Source of the DNA: Saccostrea cucullata
Taxonomy: Eukaryota
DNA: 64,000 nt
Assembly (NCBI RefSeq): GCF_032062105.1
Contig: NW_026937656.1
Span: 1-64,000, forward strand
Reading direction: 5' to 3'
Shown: positions 22,545 through 34,849 of the stretch, in pieces
Numbering within the stretch: the first letter of the stretch is position 1
How the letters are laid out: each line of letters opens with the position of its first letter
Position numbers and translations under genes: made by a program
Notes under the pieces: model-generated
Databases searched by the model: none
What the model was told of the DNA's origin: nothing
The model's input: the letters and a program-made list of their open reading frames with translations, nothing else

Positions 22545-22780
22545 ATGGATTCCAGGAATAATCAACCTCCAAGACTTGCATATATATATACGACTATGAT
22601 GATTCCGGAAAATTAGTTTTAGTGAGGATCGAGGATTTTAATTACGGAAGGAATGCCCAAACTGTTATAACATGTTTGTAAAAACGGAAAACAGGCATGA
22701 ACATCAAACCATGCAGTGGACGCGTTGTTCAGTTCTATAAATGCCCAGCTTGTAGATGCCGGATTAAAATACCTAATTAG
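22545..22780 (+). pseudogene. Leader ORF B: small CxxC zinc-ribbon-like protein, frameshifted
   Basis: MDSRNNQPPRLAYIY/DYDDSGKLVLVRIEDFNY/KECPNCYNMF/KRKTGMNIKPCSGRVVQFYKCPACRCRIKIPN*. Joining the segments needs small indels. Confidence 0.45.
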
Positions 22781-22856
22781 AGAAAGTTAGTGATTTATCA
22801 ACCTGGATCCGTTTGTTATATTTGTGTTATTTGCCCACTGTGCTCTTCTACTTAAA

Positions 22857-24076
22857 ATGTTTCAATCACCGACGAATATGGAATCACAAAGAATAATTCC
22901 AGAGCGTCCAGCCCCGTATTATACGCCTTATCCAAGGACAAGTGCGCGTAGAAATTTAATGAGTGAATTTAACAGGATGTCGCCATCTCCTGTGATATCA
23001 AGTACACCGCTTAATTGGAGTTCTAGTGGGAATGAGCGCGAAACGCCAAGCAGTGCGGAATCCGGAAGCTCCGATTCCAGTACTTGGGGTTCATATATAT
23101 CTTATTTTCTGCTTGGAGTGGTTTTATGCATGTTGACAATACTTGGAAGTTATAAACTCTTCCCTATGGATTACCTGAACAGTCTGACTCGTGGAGCGGG
23201 AGTCGTCGTTGGAATTGTGTTATTCATGTTTATTTGTGCAGTGTTGAGGAAATTGTTCAACAAAGGACGTGCCAGTTTCGAGAATGAGACATCTAACGAG
23301 CAGATGCCAGGAAGAGGATCAGGAGTTAGTATTCAAATCAAACGCACCTTTAAGGGCGAAGGGGCCGAGATATGGAGCGAGTTCATTCGATATTTCGAGA
23401 ATATCGCTATGCTTAATCATTGGACTTTAGATATGAAACGGCGAGTTCTTATTACTACGTTTAGAGGACAAGCGGAAACATTTGCCTACGGATTGCCAGA
23501 GGATATTGTAGAAGATTACAATCAACTGAAGCAAAGTATGGATGACAGGTTTGGTCATCATGCAATGAAGGAAAGTTACATCGCCGAGGCAAAACTGCGG
23601 AAAAAGAGGAATACTGAATCTTATAGAGATTTTGGACAAGCCATTGCTGATCTTTATAGGCGAGCACATCCAAACAACAGAGACTATGTAGAGGAAGCCA
23701 GCCTTAAGACATTCCTAGACAACTGTGATGGTAACGGAATTTCGCCTTGCTGTAAAGCGAATGAGACCAGATACGCTACAAGAAGCTGTGACCGCAGGAG
23801 GAATGCATTAGAGTAACAGAAAATAGAAGTTCTAGAAATATTCAGAATCGTATTGTTAGACCTGTCTACAGAGTTAATGACTCTGTGAAATTTGATGCTA
23901 AACCTCAGATACACCCCGCGCAAAACAGTGAAGTACAAAGTAATGAAGCTGCACGGAGAATAAAGAAATGTTACGAATGTAACTCAACACAACACTTGTA
24001 CAGAGACTGTCCTATGAAGAAAAATGTAAATGACAGAAGACTGCAAAAACCTTTAAACCTAAAAGTGTCGAGGTAG
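22857..24076 (+). pseudogene. gag: Gag of Gypsy-3 with two N-terminal hydrophobic helices, capsid domain and CCHC knuckle; frameshifted near 23735-23780
   Basis: Hydrophobic segments YISYFLLGVVLCMLTILGSY and GAGVVVGIVLFMFICAVL; capsid-like FKGEGAEIWSEFIRYFENIA...W; knuckle CYECNSTQHLYRDC. Confidence 0.85.
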
Positions 24077-24114
24077 TAGGCCATGCATCGGCACAGGAGT
24101 TTGTAAAGCGGCCT
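24052..24114 (+). promoter_or_regulatory. -1 frameshift signal (U UUA AAC plus pseudoknot) of Gypsy-3
   Basis: TTTAAAC in gag phase, 6-nt spacer, stem 1 GTGTCGA/TCGGCAC, stem 2 AGGCC/GGCCT. The -1 frame is open into the protease. Confidence 0.8.
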
Positions 24115-26920
24115 TGTATAGGTAACCAGCAACCCCGGGATACTGCGGACGTTGTTAGTAAGGGAAATGTTACTGTATCAACGCAGACTGTTGTTGCTGA
24201 GAATATGCACCTGAATTATGACTCTAAGGATGTTGAAACTGGGGACTTTGTAGAGATTCAAGGGAAGTCCGGTATGAAGTTAGATGGTTTAGTTGAGGGC
24301 ACGCCAGTAGAGTGGAAATTAGACACGGGTGCAATAAATACGTTCATTACAGAGGATACTTATCTTAGCATCCTTCCAGAACACCGACCTGTACTTGAGC
24401 GCGTTAAGAAAATATTCCATACAGCCGATGGCAGGAGGTTAAAGGTTATGGGAACAACGAAAATGTTACTCTCATTTAAAAGTTTTCAAGTGATTTTCCG
24501 TGTATTTGTTGGAGAAGTTAAGAGTAACTTATTAGGACAAGACTTTATCACCAGGTTTCAATGCCAGTGGAATTATACATCTAATCTGTGTACCCTAAAA
24601 TCACAAAATGAGGAAATTATGCGAGGTAATTTTGTACAATGCATCGAGGATAGTGTCGTTCCTGCTCATTGTGAAATTGTGATTAAAGCAGCGTTCGAGC
24701 GGAGTGCAAATGCTACTGACGGTTTTCTAGTTCCACTAAAAACTTTTGTGTTTAGTTATGGACTTGCTGTAGCGCGAGAATTAGTAACTGCGACTACTGG
24801 CCAGAATATCATATATGTGCGTGTTTTTAATCCAAAAGATCGTGATGTAATTGTGAGAAAGAATTCTGAAATAGCAGTGTTTGATCCTGTGGATGCGGTT
24901 TCAACTGTGAACATTCTGGAAGTGAGCAATGTGACGTCAGTGGATAGTCGACTGCCTGAATATCTAGAACCAATCTTCAATGATGCGTGTAAAAATATGA
25001 CAAAAGAGCAAAGTGTTAAGTTCAAGGACTTTATTTTGTCGCGTGTAGATGCATTTGCAGATCCTAGTAAACCCGTTGAACGTGCTACGATCGGATAGCA
25101 TCGCATTAAATTGAAGGAGGAAGTACCCTTCAAGGAACCAGTGCGCAGGGTTCCGATATTTAAGAGAGAAATTATGGACGAGGAGCTCCGGAAACTGGAA
25201 GAACAAGGGATAATTGAGAGATCTAATAGCCCGTGGTCCTCACCTCTTGTGTTAGTACAGAGAAAAGGACAAATCATGGAGATTGTGTGTCGATTATCGT
25301 CGACTTAATGCAGACACCATTAAGGACGCATACTCCATACCTCGAGTGGCAGATGATCTTGACTCTCTCGCTGGATCTACATGGTTTTCGTCACTTGATT
25401 TAAACATGGCATACCATCAAATTCCGATGCGTGAAGAAGACAAAGAGAAAACAGCGTTTGCTACACCTCGTGGAGGCCTTTATCAATACACAGTTATGCC
25501 CTTTGGATTATGTAATGCCCCGGCAACATTTCAACGAGTGATAGAACAGGCACTAACTGGATTGCAGTGGAAAATCGCAGTGCTTTACCTGGATGATATT
25601 ATTGTGTACAGTCGAAGTTTTGATGAACATCTTAACAATCTTAATTTAGGTTTTGACAGGCTACAGAGTGTGAATTTAAAACTAAAAGCTAAGAAGTGCA
25701 ATTTCTTTAGACGTGAGGTTAGTTTTCTGGGACATATTGTATCTGAGAGTGGTATTAAGACCGACCCATCAAAAATTGAAGCTGTAAGGAACTGGAAAAA
25801 GCCCGAAACTGTGTCAGAACTTCGAAGTTTCCTTGGATTAGCAGCTTTCTATCGACGATTCATACAAGATTTTGCTAAAATTGCCAGATGTTTGCACGTC
25901 CTGACTGGAAAGAATAGTGTGTGGAATTGGACCAGTGAGTGTGACATAGCCTTTCAAACTTTGAAAGAGAAACTTATTTCAGCTCCTATTCTAGGATACC
26001 CAGACCCAGATGGTGGAGACTTTGTGTTAGACACTGACGCTAGTAATAGTTCTATTGGTGCTGTGCTATCGCAAATACAAAATGGACGAGAAGTTGTCAT
26101 TTCATATGGAAGCCGTGTGTTGAATAATTCTGAGCAGAATTATTGTGTTACGCGTAAAGAAATGCTAGCAGTTGTGTATTTTGTTAGACATTACAAGCAT
26201 TTTCTTCTTGGTAGAGAGTTTTTACTCAGAACAGACCATGGATCGCTAGTATGGCTTCATAGATTTCGAGAACCCGATGGCCAAATTGCGCGTTGGCTAC
26301 AACAACTTGGACCTTACGTGTTCCGGATCGAACACCGGGCAGGAAAACGACATGGAAATGCAGATGCATTATCTCGTCTGCCGTGTGAATTAAACTGCAA
26401 ACAATGTAAACGCGAGAAAAATGACTACCATGGCAATGATATATTCTCACATGTAACAGAACTAAGGAATTATTCTGCAAATAATGACAAAGACTGTATG
26501 TTAGAACTTAACCTGTTATTTGATGAGAAAACGAATTATGTTCTTACTTCGGAATGTGCTGTTGTTTCGCCTACTCTAAAGTCGAGATGTAATAGACCTG
26601 CCAGAGCCAAAGCACGGAAGCAGCCCATGATATCTTTAAGCTATGAGAGCATTCGTGAGAATCAAGCAAAAGACAACGGAATGCAAATCATAAACCGATG
26701 GCTGGAAAATGATGAAAAACCGCCATTATCAGTAATATCTGGAGAAAATTCGGAGTGTAAATTCTGGTATTCGAGATGGGATTTATTGTGTATTGACCGT
26801 GGTGTGATGTGCATTCGTTGGATTCTAGACAACAAAGAAGAAATAAAGATATGCTTACCGCGAAACATGCGCCATGTTGTGTTGTGGCACATGCACGATT
26901 CTAAAGTAGCTGGACATATG
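24052..26920 (+). pseudogene. pol: pol of Gypsy-3 (PR, RT, RNase H, start of IN), disrupted
   Basis: KLDTGA, CVDYRRLN, YLDDII, DTDAS and RTDHGSL motifs. Stop at 25096-25098, frameshift near 25262, truncated at the IN zinc finger. Confidence 0.92.
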
Positions 26921-27480
26921 TTGGGTTTGGTTCTTCGGTTCAGGCTCCCTGTACCCCTGTACCCTTGGCGCCGATGGCCCTTCTGTGGCTGGCCTTGGGC
27001 GCTGTTGAAAAAGGGATTCTGTGGGGCTGAGTTGTTGAAGCGTTATTAATGGTTTGGACCATTTTTGCAAGCATAAAATTGGTTCGGAGGTCCTCCATGG
27101 TTTTAGGGTTGACTTTTACCATACCTGCTTTTTTTCGGTTTTAATCCTCTGATTATTTGACCTTTGGTCTGATTGGTGTCTATTTTTAAGTTAACGGCTT
27201 TTTCAGTTACCCTGTGTTTAAAATTCTCAACAATTTCAGCCAATCCTTGGTGCATGTCCAGAAGATCAAAAACGTTGTTTGCTGGGTGCTTGGAGCGTTT
27301 GATGAAGGCTCTTGAACTGTCGTTAAAATTAATTTCTTTTAATTTTACCATTTCCAACGAAACGAACCAGGTCTCCGCTGCTTCGATGAGGAAGAATGGT
27401 AGACGTAGGATGGCTGTCTGTTCCGAAAGACTTTAGATGGATATAAAAGCCATGAACTTCATCCACCACTGAAATTTCTG
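26921..27480 (-). pseudogene. Decayed retrotransposon gag fragment in opposite orientation
   Basis: Minus strand FQWWMKFMAFISI*SLSEQTAILRLPFFLIEAAETWFVSLE fits a capsid-like W..F...LP..L...A..WF.SL pattern, followed by an N/Q/G/R-rich tail. Confidence 0.6.
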
Positions 27481-28881
27481 TAATTATCAAAGGACTTCGG
27501 TTATGTTTAGGGGCTTTTGGAACTTCCCATGTAGACAGTTAATATGTTGAGGCAAGTTATCTACCTCTCGATTTAAACTTGCATGGGTATTTATACAACA
27601 AAAGAGAAAAAGGGCATTATATCAATTGGTCTTAGATATAAAAAAAAAATATCAGAGATTCTGAGTTACCGTTAAATATAATAAAACCATCTACTAGAAC
27701 TGACATACCGTCACGGAAATTACTTCATACATCGAAAAAATTTTCCTTCAATCGAAGAAGGAAGAAGAAGGGATGTCCAATGTGTCTTCCTGGTCTCCTT
27801 CTTTCCAAACCGCCCTCGACTATTTTTTGCACCCCACCTTATAAAAGTAATTAAAAAATGTTAGACATCTTCACACATATAATTAATTCCACCACGAAAT
27901 GCTTCGTTTACATGCAGAACTAAATAAAAACTGGTATGTTCTTTCGGCTATAAAATATTAAATAATATTTGCAAAATTAATGATGGTTCAAATAAAATAC
28001 ATTCACCTAGCTGAGTTACTTTATTAACATTAGTCCGATCATGTCAGAAATATGCAGTATTCAATTAGAAACATGTAATACCTACCACCTCTATCACCAT
28101 CTTTCCATCTCATGGCGTAAGGGGATCATAACATACCCCGTATCATCTGGAAGAAAAGCTGCTTTCCTCTCAAACTTATCATACTCGGGCAATATTCGCC
28201 TGGCTGGTCTGCACCTATTTTGTATTTTTTGAACATTCACCAAATTTAAGGTAGAGATTGATAGGTTGTCAACAAAAAAACTACCCATTGAATTTTTCTG
28301 AATTTTTTATATGTTTGTGTTTAGTCCTTGTTCTAAATCATATCAAAAATTCAAGGTAGGTCATCAGGCTAGTTTAAGAGAAATTTGACAATTTTAATAT
28401 AGCCTTCATCAACCACCGAAGAGCTGAAAAAGCAGGGTAAAATAAAATAAGAATATGATATGAAAAGGGCTGTAAATTTTTTATTGCTATATCAATTATC
28501 ATTTGTCTTATATGAATTCAAACATCTGTCTATATGGATTAATATTTGACATCAATCTTAAATTCATCAAGCATTGTAAGCGAAAAAGAGAATTACATTT
28601 ACCAAGATGCATGGTCAAATTAGGTTAAAATATTGCCTATTCACTGCACAAAGTCTCCCACTTCTGCTTCCATTGTGAAAAAATTACCCATCAAATTTCT
28701 TTTTTTATTGCATATTATAGTTAGTCTACAAGTGTCTTAAATTTCAGAAAAAAATCATACTACGTAATGGGGTTTAAATTCATCCTGGAACAAGTTTATT
28801 ATCTTACACCCTACCCTACCCCCTTCTTTTAGAAGGATGCACTTTTGAAGAATATGGTGACTAAGAGAGATTATCAAGAAT

Positions 28882-29250
28882 TTATCAAAATATTTCACGG
28901 AAAATGAGTTAATTCTTTGTAATATTCTTCTAAATTACATTTTATATCACAAAAACAATTTATACATGTACACCTAGACACATGTTGCCCTGGTTGACCT
29001 TTTTGCACTTACATTGAAAAAGATAAGAACTTTCCCTTATATCGTTGAATTTGACTTTGATAGATTGAATTAATCAAAATATTTCAAAGAAAATAGGTAA
29101 ATTCTTTGTAATATTCTTCTAAATTACATTCTATACCACAGAAAACAATTTATACATGTACACCTGAACATATGGTGACCTGGTTGACCTTTTTGCACTT
29201 ACATTAAAAAAGATAAGAACTTTCCTTTATATCGTTCAAATTGACTTTGT
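28882..29250. repeat. Tandem duplication, 2 x ~190 bp
   Basis: ATCAAAATATTTCA...ATTCTTTGTAATATTCTTCTAAATTACATT...GATAAGAACTTTCC occurs twice. Confidence 0.9.
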
Positions 29251-29760
29251 AGATTTATTATACATATGATTCTTGGATGAATTATCAATGACAATATCTT
29301 TTGACCAATTCTGTAAATAAATAAACTGGTCTTATTATCTTCCTTTGACAACAATAGTATTAATTTCACTTTCCTTCAACAATTCCTTTTTCATTCCAAA
29401 TACATGTACAACATGAATAAGAAAACCCAGTGATTATGAAGTTTTGTATGCAGAATCAATCCATGGCATGTTATCCTTGTTTTAAAAAAATTTAGATAAA
29501 AATGTGTTATGTATTACACTGTTAAATGAAGACTGCCTGGTCATCAGTTGTTAGATATCAATACACTGAAGCATCACATGGTAAAAGTGTGGGAAAATGG
29601 AGAGTGATTCGGTTATCATTCCATACATACAAAAATACTGTAATAATTTACAAAGAAAACATACAATGTATCAGAGGTAATAATTTGTAACTTTAAAGTA
29701 TAGATTTTGCAAACAGATTCATAAAAGTTAGAGGAATCCCACCATAAACTGTATATGATA

Positions 29761-29968
29761 CTGTAGATCACTAAATTTTCGCTACACCTTATTTTCGCGA
29801 GATTTTCATTGACTCTTTGTAAGCGAGACATAATTTTCACGAATAGTTGTTATTCCTCTATATAATCGTAAGGAATACTTTTATACGCGAGAATTAAATT
29901 TTCGCGAACGCATTGTCTCGCGTAATTACGCGAAAATAAAGTTCTCGCGAATAAAAAGTGATTTACAG
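29761..29968. mobile_element. Tc1/mariner-type MITE
   Basis: TA TSDs, TIRs CTGTAGATCACT/AGTGATTTACAG, and internal TTCGCGA motifs. Confidence 0.8.
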
Positions 29969-32450
29969 TAGTGTACAATTTTTAAACTCTTGATGTAGTT
30001 CAACAAAATAAAGAGAATACATTCAGTACATGTATGGTAATAGGATAAACTTGCTATTTTGCTTTTTGTCTTATTGGCTAACAAAGATCAATGTAAACAT
30101 GTATGCATTTTTAATAGCCATCGTATGCAGCCAGTTGCATCATGTTCAAGAATCCTGACAATTCCTTTGTTTTTATTTCAATACAACAAAGGTGTTCTTT
30201 CACAAGGATCTGCAGTGAGCAAAATTCATTCTGTATATTCAGATATTGAAGCATGTCTTATGGTGTGATATGTCCGTTCCTCTTTACTGTCTCCTTCTGG
30301 TAGTTCTTTTTTCTGAAAAGAACAAAATATTTTAAAACAAAAAGAACGAAAATACATGTTTTACTTCTTTCTTACACTGCAAATATAGTATGACTATGTC
30401 TATATGAATATAAGACACTTCTGAGATACCTTTTTATATAATGTCATGATTTTTTTTAATAAATGCATATAAAGTTGGCCTCATTAATCTGGGCACTTTT
30501 GCTTCCAAGGAAATTATTTGGATTAATGAATTGTCCTAATTAAACAAACTTGGTATATAAGGATAAAGATAAAATATTTTAGTTTCTAAATGTAGGCCAC
30601 ACTCTAAGGCCAAGATCATGGGGTTAAAGAAAAAGAAATAAACTCAGCAATAACTGTTCAAGAGTTAATACCAAAGGATAAAGTTTTTGTGGAAATGAAG
30701 AATTACATGTACCTGTCAGTGACACATCAATTCATATTCAACTTTAACAACATAACTATTATATGTGGAATTAAAATACTTTTCTTTTTACATCTTGTTC
30801 CATTTTTTAAATTCAGTTTTGTCCCTAATTACCTTACTGATATAAATCCAATATTCTTTTGTAACACTGCAGATGACACTTGATTAGTAAAGGATCCTAT
30901 ATTTCCGTGGGATCTGTAACATGATTAAAATAAAATAAAGTAGATAGCTTGATCTATTTAAAATTTTTGTGTATAATTTATTAATAATTTTGATTTAATT
31001 TGCAAATTTAGGTATGATAACGTGAAGAAGTCAGTATTGTTTAAAAACCATGTCACTTATAAGTTTTTTAACAATACTGACTTCTTCACATTATCATATC
31101 AATTCTTTGGTGCTTCATTTTAAACAATTTCATTCAAGTAGAAAACATATTTACATTTTACAATTGTTTTGGTTATTCAGTTTTGAATTCAATTTACAAT
31201 ATGTCTTTTTATATGTTTATACACAAGCATTTAACCATACATGTACTTAAGTCAATAGAGCACCTAACTAGTGATACAGGGATCTTCCGTTAGATTCTCA
31301 GTCCAGACATACATATTCCTCGTTTCCTGTCACACAAGTATGCCACTTTATGTTTGAGTTTGCTGTAGCAGATTCGGCTTGAACTTTCCTGAAATATTAA
31401 TATGATCTTTTAGAAATTATTGACTCGAGAAAATGCTTCTACATGTATACAATAATACTGTATGTACATTATGGTGTGTAAATAAAAAAATACAAGGATT
31501 AAAAATCATTATAAATTATAAATTTAAATTTATAATACATGCATTACAAAACCCCTCCTTTTTACCACCCCTTGGAAAAAATTTCTGTATTTTCCCTCAT
31601 ACATGTGCAAGTGTAAATTGAAAGGAAAAAATACAAACCAATGGCTATCTAGGAGTTAATGTTAAGCGCCCTTGACATTCCTCTTTCCAGGTGACACTTG
31701 ATCTGGTCACATTATTTCAGCAGAGAAAGCTGAATACACTGTCTAGTCCATAGCTTGCTTCACCTGTAGCATTAAATATTTCTTATATAATCTATGAATA
31801 TGATATCTGTTTATAATCAAGACCCTTTTGAGCTTACAACAAATACATACCTCTACATAAATTTATAACAATACATGTACATAAATATTACATAAGGCAA
31901 AAAAAAAAAAAAAATAGTCTTGTTTCCTGCTACCTGACTGACCCTATTTTTTTTTTTTTATTTTGGCACTTGATCCCAAAGTTGTTTCTTTTTTTTTCAG
32001 TGCAACTTTTTACAGTTTGCTTTTTATTTCAAAGACAAAAGATTCGCAAGTAAATGTCCACTATCATTTATAAAAGGGGTTATAACCTAGCTGTCATCCA
32101 AAGCAGAGAAGGTTTGCATATTTCTGCATTTGAGCAATTTAAGCAAAATATGTTTTTCCATTTTTTGATCTGAGTAACTAAACACCACCTCGTGTGTTAG
32201 GCACAGATAAGTATGATTACTTCACATTTTTGCTAATTTTACCAATCCGGCCTTTATCATGTTCTGACACCAGAAATGTCTGGTTTTGTTCCTCTATTCT
32301 AAAAGTTACAGACTTGTCATATAATAAGTTTTAATTTTTAGCTAAATAAAACAACTTTAGGAAGGTAAAAAAATCTATGTAGGTTATTGATAATTGGAGC
32401 TAAATATATTGGTTGTACCAGACCTGTGCGTAAACAATCAAGCACTTTAG

Positions 32451-32818
32451 TCATGATCGATATACTAAGTCATAAATATTCACCTTATGTATCTGACATG
32501 GACACAGCAAACATAAAATCTGTTCTGCAAAAATTTTACTTCTTCCGTCATACCAATTAACATCTGTAGGCTCATGGTCTTTAATGTCTATATTGAAAAC
32601 AACATCAGGCACAGATCGATACCGGTGTACCCACGTGGTGCTGCAGTGGACACTGGACAAGGAGTAGTTTCACCAAAATTATGTTCATGGTCGGTTTCAG
32701 TCTCACTTCTATTTTGATTCTCATGAAGATGCTTCAATTTCGAGAACCGTAAAGGTTTAATATGTATGCCAAATTTGTCTTTTAAACGAGGAAATTTCTC
32801 GATTGCTTCGTCGGCCAT
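32451..32818 (-). pseudogene. First coding exon relic of the Kolobok-like transposase
   Basis: ATG ~125 bp inside the TIR (MADEAIEKFPRLK...), frameshifted into ...DVNWYDGRSKIFAEQILCLLCPC. Confidence 0.5.
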
Positions 32819-32949
32819 CTTGTAGCATGGACAACAATGTGTAAATGGAGAATTTTATTTGACGGCGTTGCGGAATTCCGGAAAAACAGCACGTGCAAAT
32901 ATGCGAATTCTCTGTATCACGTGATTGCTATCGGTCTCTACCTTAAAGA

Positions 32950-33048
32950 GAAGTTGCATATAAGAAGCTAAAAATGTTCAAATGTTAACGCACGACGACA
33001 GACGAAAACAGATAGCAATAGGTCACTTGAGTCTCAGGTTACCTAATA
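32950..33048 (+). mobile_element. HINE 3' end fragment
   Basis: GAAGCTAAAAATGTTCAAATGTTAACGCACGACGAC...AGGTCACTTGAGTCTCAGGTTACC, homologous to 2500-2617. Confidence 0.8.
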
Positions 33049-34849
33049 ATGTCTTGTTTTAAACTTATTCCTTGCTGCTGGGATATTGATCCGATTCCCA
33101 TTCGCGTAGGTGTATACCTCCATGAAGCGTCCATTTTCTAACGATAACTTACAGCAAGAGGAAAACATGTTATCAATAACGCTTTAGAATAAATACCAAA
33201 ATACAAAGACATCTTTTCGGATATTGCACTGGAAAAGGGTCATATCCGATTCATAACGTATTCATCTTGCTAGACCGGAATTGATGGTCTTCACAATATT
33301 TTTTATGGGTGTAATCGTTTTCCGGTCTGAACACAGGGATGTTCATTTATAAAAGTCGACATAAATTTTTTCAATGTTTCCTGAGCACTTAATCATCATT
33401 GGGGATACTCTCTCGATTCGTGTCTTAAACCGACATCTGTCTAAAGTTAACATAATCCACTCTCCTTTACAGTCTTTACAGTTTTCAGGGAATGTTAATT
33501 ATTACACGTACCACCTTATTTAAAATCTTAAACACTTTTTTCATCTTTATCAAAATAATTTCTTTGATCACCAGTTCTTTTAATTCACAACAGAGTGCTA
33601 ATTGTTATTTGCTTATCCTTTTGTCTGAAAGCAATATTTTTCATTGCGTTAATCGCTGCAAGATGAAAATAAAAAAAACTTAACAAATTTATCAACACTT
33701 ATAACTAAATTATTCGTTCACTCTTTTAACAAAAACACAGACTAATTCATCTCTTTTCGAAAATGACTTCTTCAAATGATTTAATCCAGCTAAATGTCGT
33801 AGTATTGTACTATTAATCCTAACCATTCATTATGACTACTCCTTTCTCAACTAATTATCTTGTTTGCTACGTCACGATCCTCACTCATACCGATGCTCAA
33901 TCTGGGATATGTCTCACACTATACTACTATCGTTCACATACCTACCTAATCTGCTGTGTGTGTTTGTTGCATCAATACTGATACTGTCATCTAGTAAATA
34001 TAGGAATATTAAATCTAAACAAAAACATATCTATTCAAAGATTGTGAGGCTCACCTTCACTGATTATTGCGTTGATGAAGTGAAATGACAGAATAAACAT
34101 TCATGTTTACAATATACTTATTTTTTTTTTACAAACCATTTCACTCCATCCATTTGAAGTAATATAGGTAACAATGTCTACCCTCCTCCATTTTTCTATT
34201 TTTCTGAATTTATTGGGTCAGTTCTTTCCCCTTAACCAAAAAAATACATTGACCTGGTGTAAACTTGACTAAACGTTTTCATTTTATTGACTGTATAAAA
34301 AGCATCTTTTCTAAAAAAAAAAATTGGATGCCCCTTAAAAAGGCCGTTTGGTCGATTTTTTTCGACAGGGTTTACTCCCTATGAGGCTTGCCTCTTCCCA
34401 GGAACTCCCGTCTGCAAGAGAGGGGTGGCCGCTTGATGCAGATCATAGGCTCCATGAAGTCCAGTCTTGCGGGGGGTGGTGGTGGCGGTCTGGCTGGGGT
34501 AGGCGGTCTCTAGGCTAAGGTAGGCGTAATCCTCCGACTCAGCGGGTGGTAGGGGGCCTCGGTTCCCGGCGTCTGCAGAGCTGGCAGCACGAGGGAGGAT
34601 TCGTCTAGGTGACCAGCACCCGAATTCAGCTTTAACAGGCGTACGTAGTTGGACGGCTGGTCCTCCTGGAGGCAGACTGTACAGAAATCGATCCGGGCCT
34701 CCGGTACATGCATCCCCCAGACTGGTACGGGCCCCCTCGGCCGGCACCAGTGATCCCCGTGCAGCAGATCTGGCTGGGGATGGGGATGTGTATTCATAGT
34801 TGGATTCAAATATGAAAAAAATAGTGCTGAAAGATGTTGGAGTTGAAAC

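Larger units (their letters stand above)
21646..26920 (+). mobile_element. 3'-truncated Ty3/Gypsy element (Gypsy-3) with atypical leader ORFs and a TM-containing Gag
   Basis: 5' LTR, PBS, gag, frameshift signal and PR-RT-RH are present. Truncated at the integrase HHCC motif (HMHDSKVAGH); no 3' LTR. Confidence 0.9.
28250..32942 (-). mobile_element. Kolobok-like DNA transposon with decayed multi-exon transposase
   Basis: TTAA on both sides (28246-28249, 32943-32946). TIRs GGTAGAGATTGATAG and GGTAGAGACCGATAG match at 13/15. Minus-strand relics include NWYDGR...LCLLC and GSFTNQVSSAVLQKNIG. Confidence 0.75.

Noticed and set aside
33050-33500. Coding-like minus-strand stretch
   Set aside because: It has multiple stops and no motif I could recognise.
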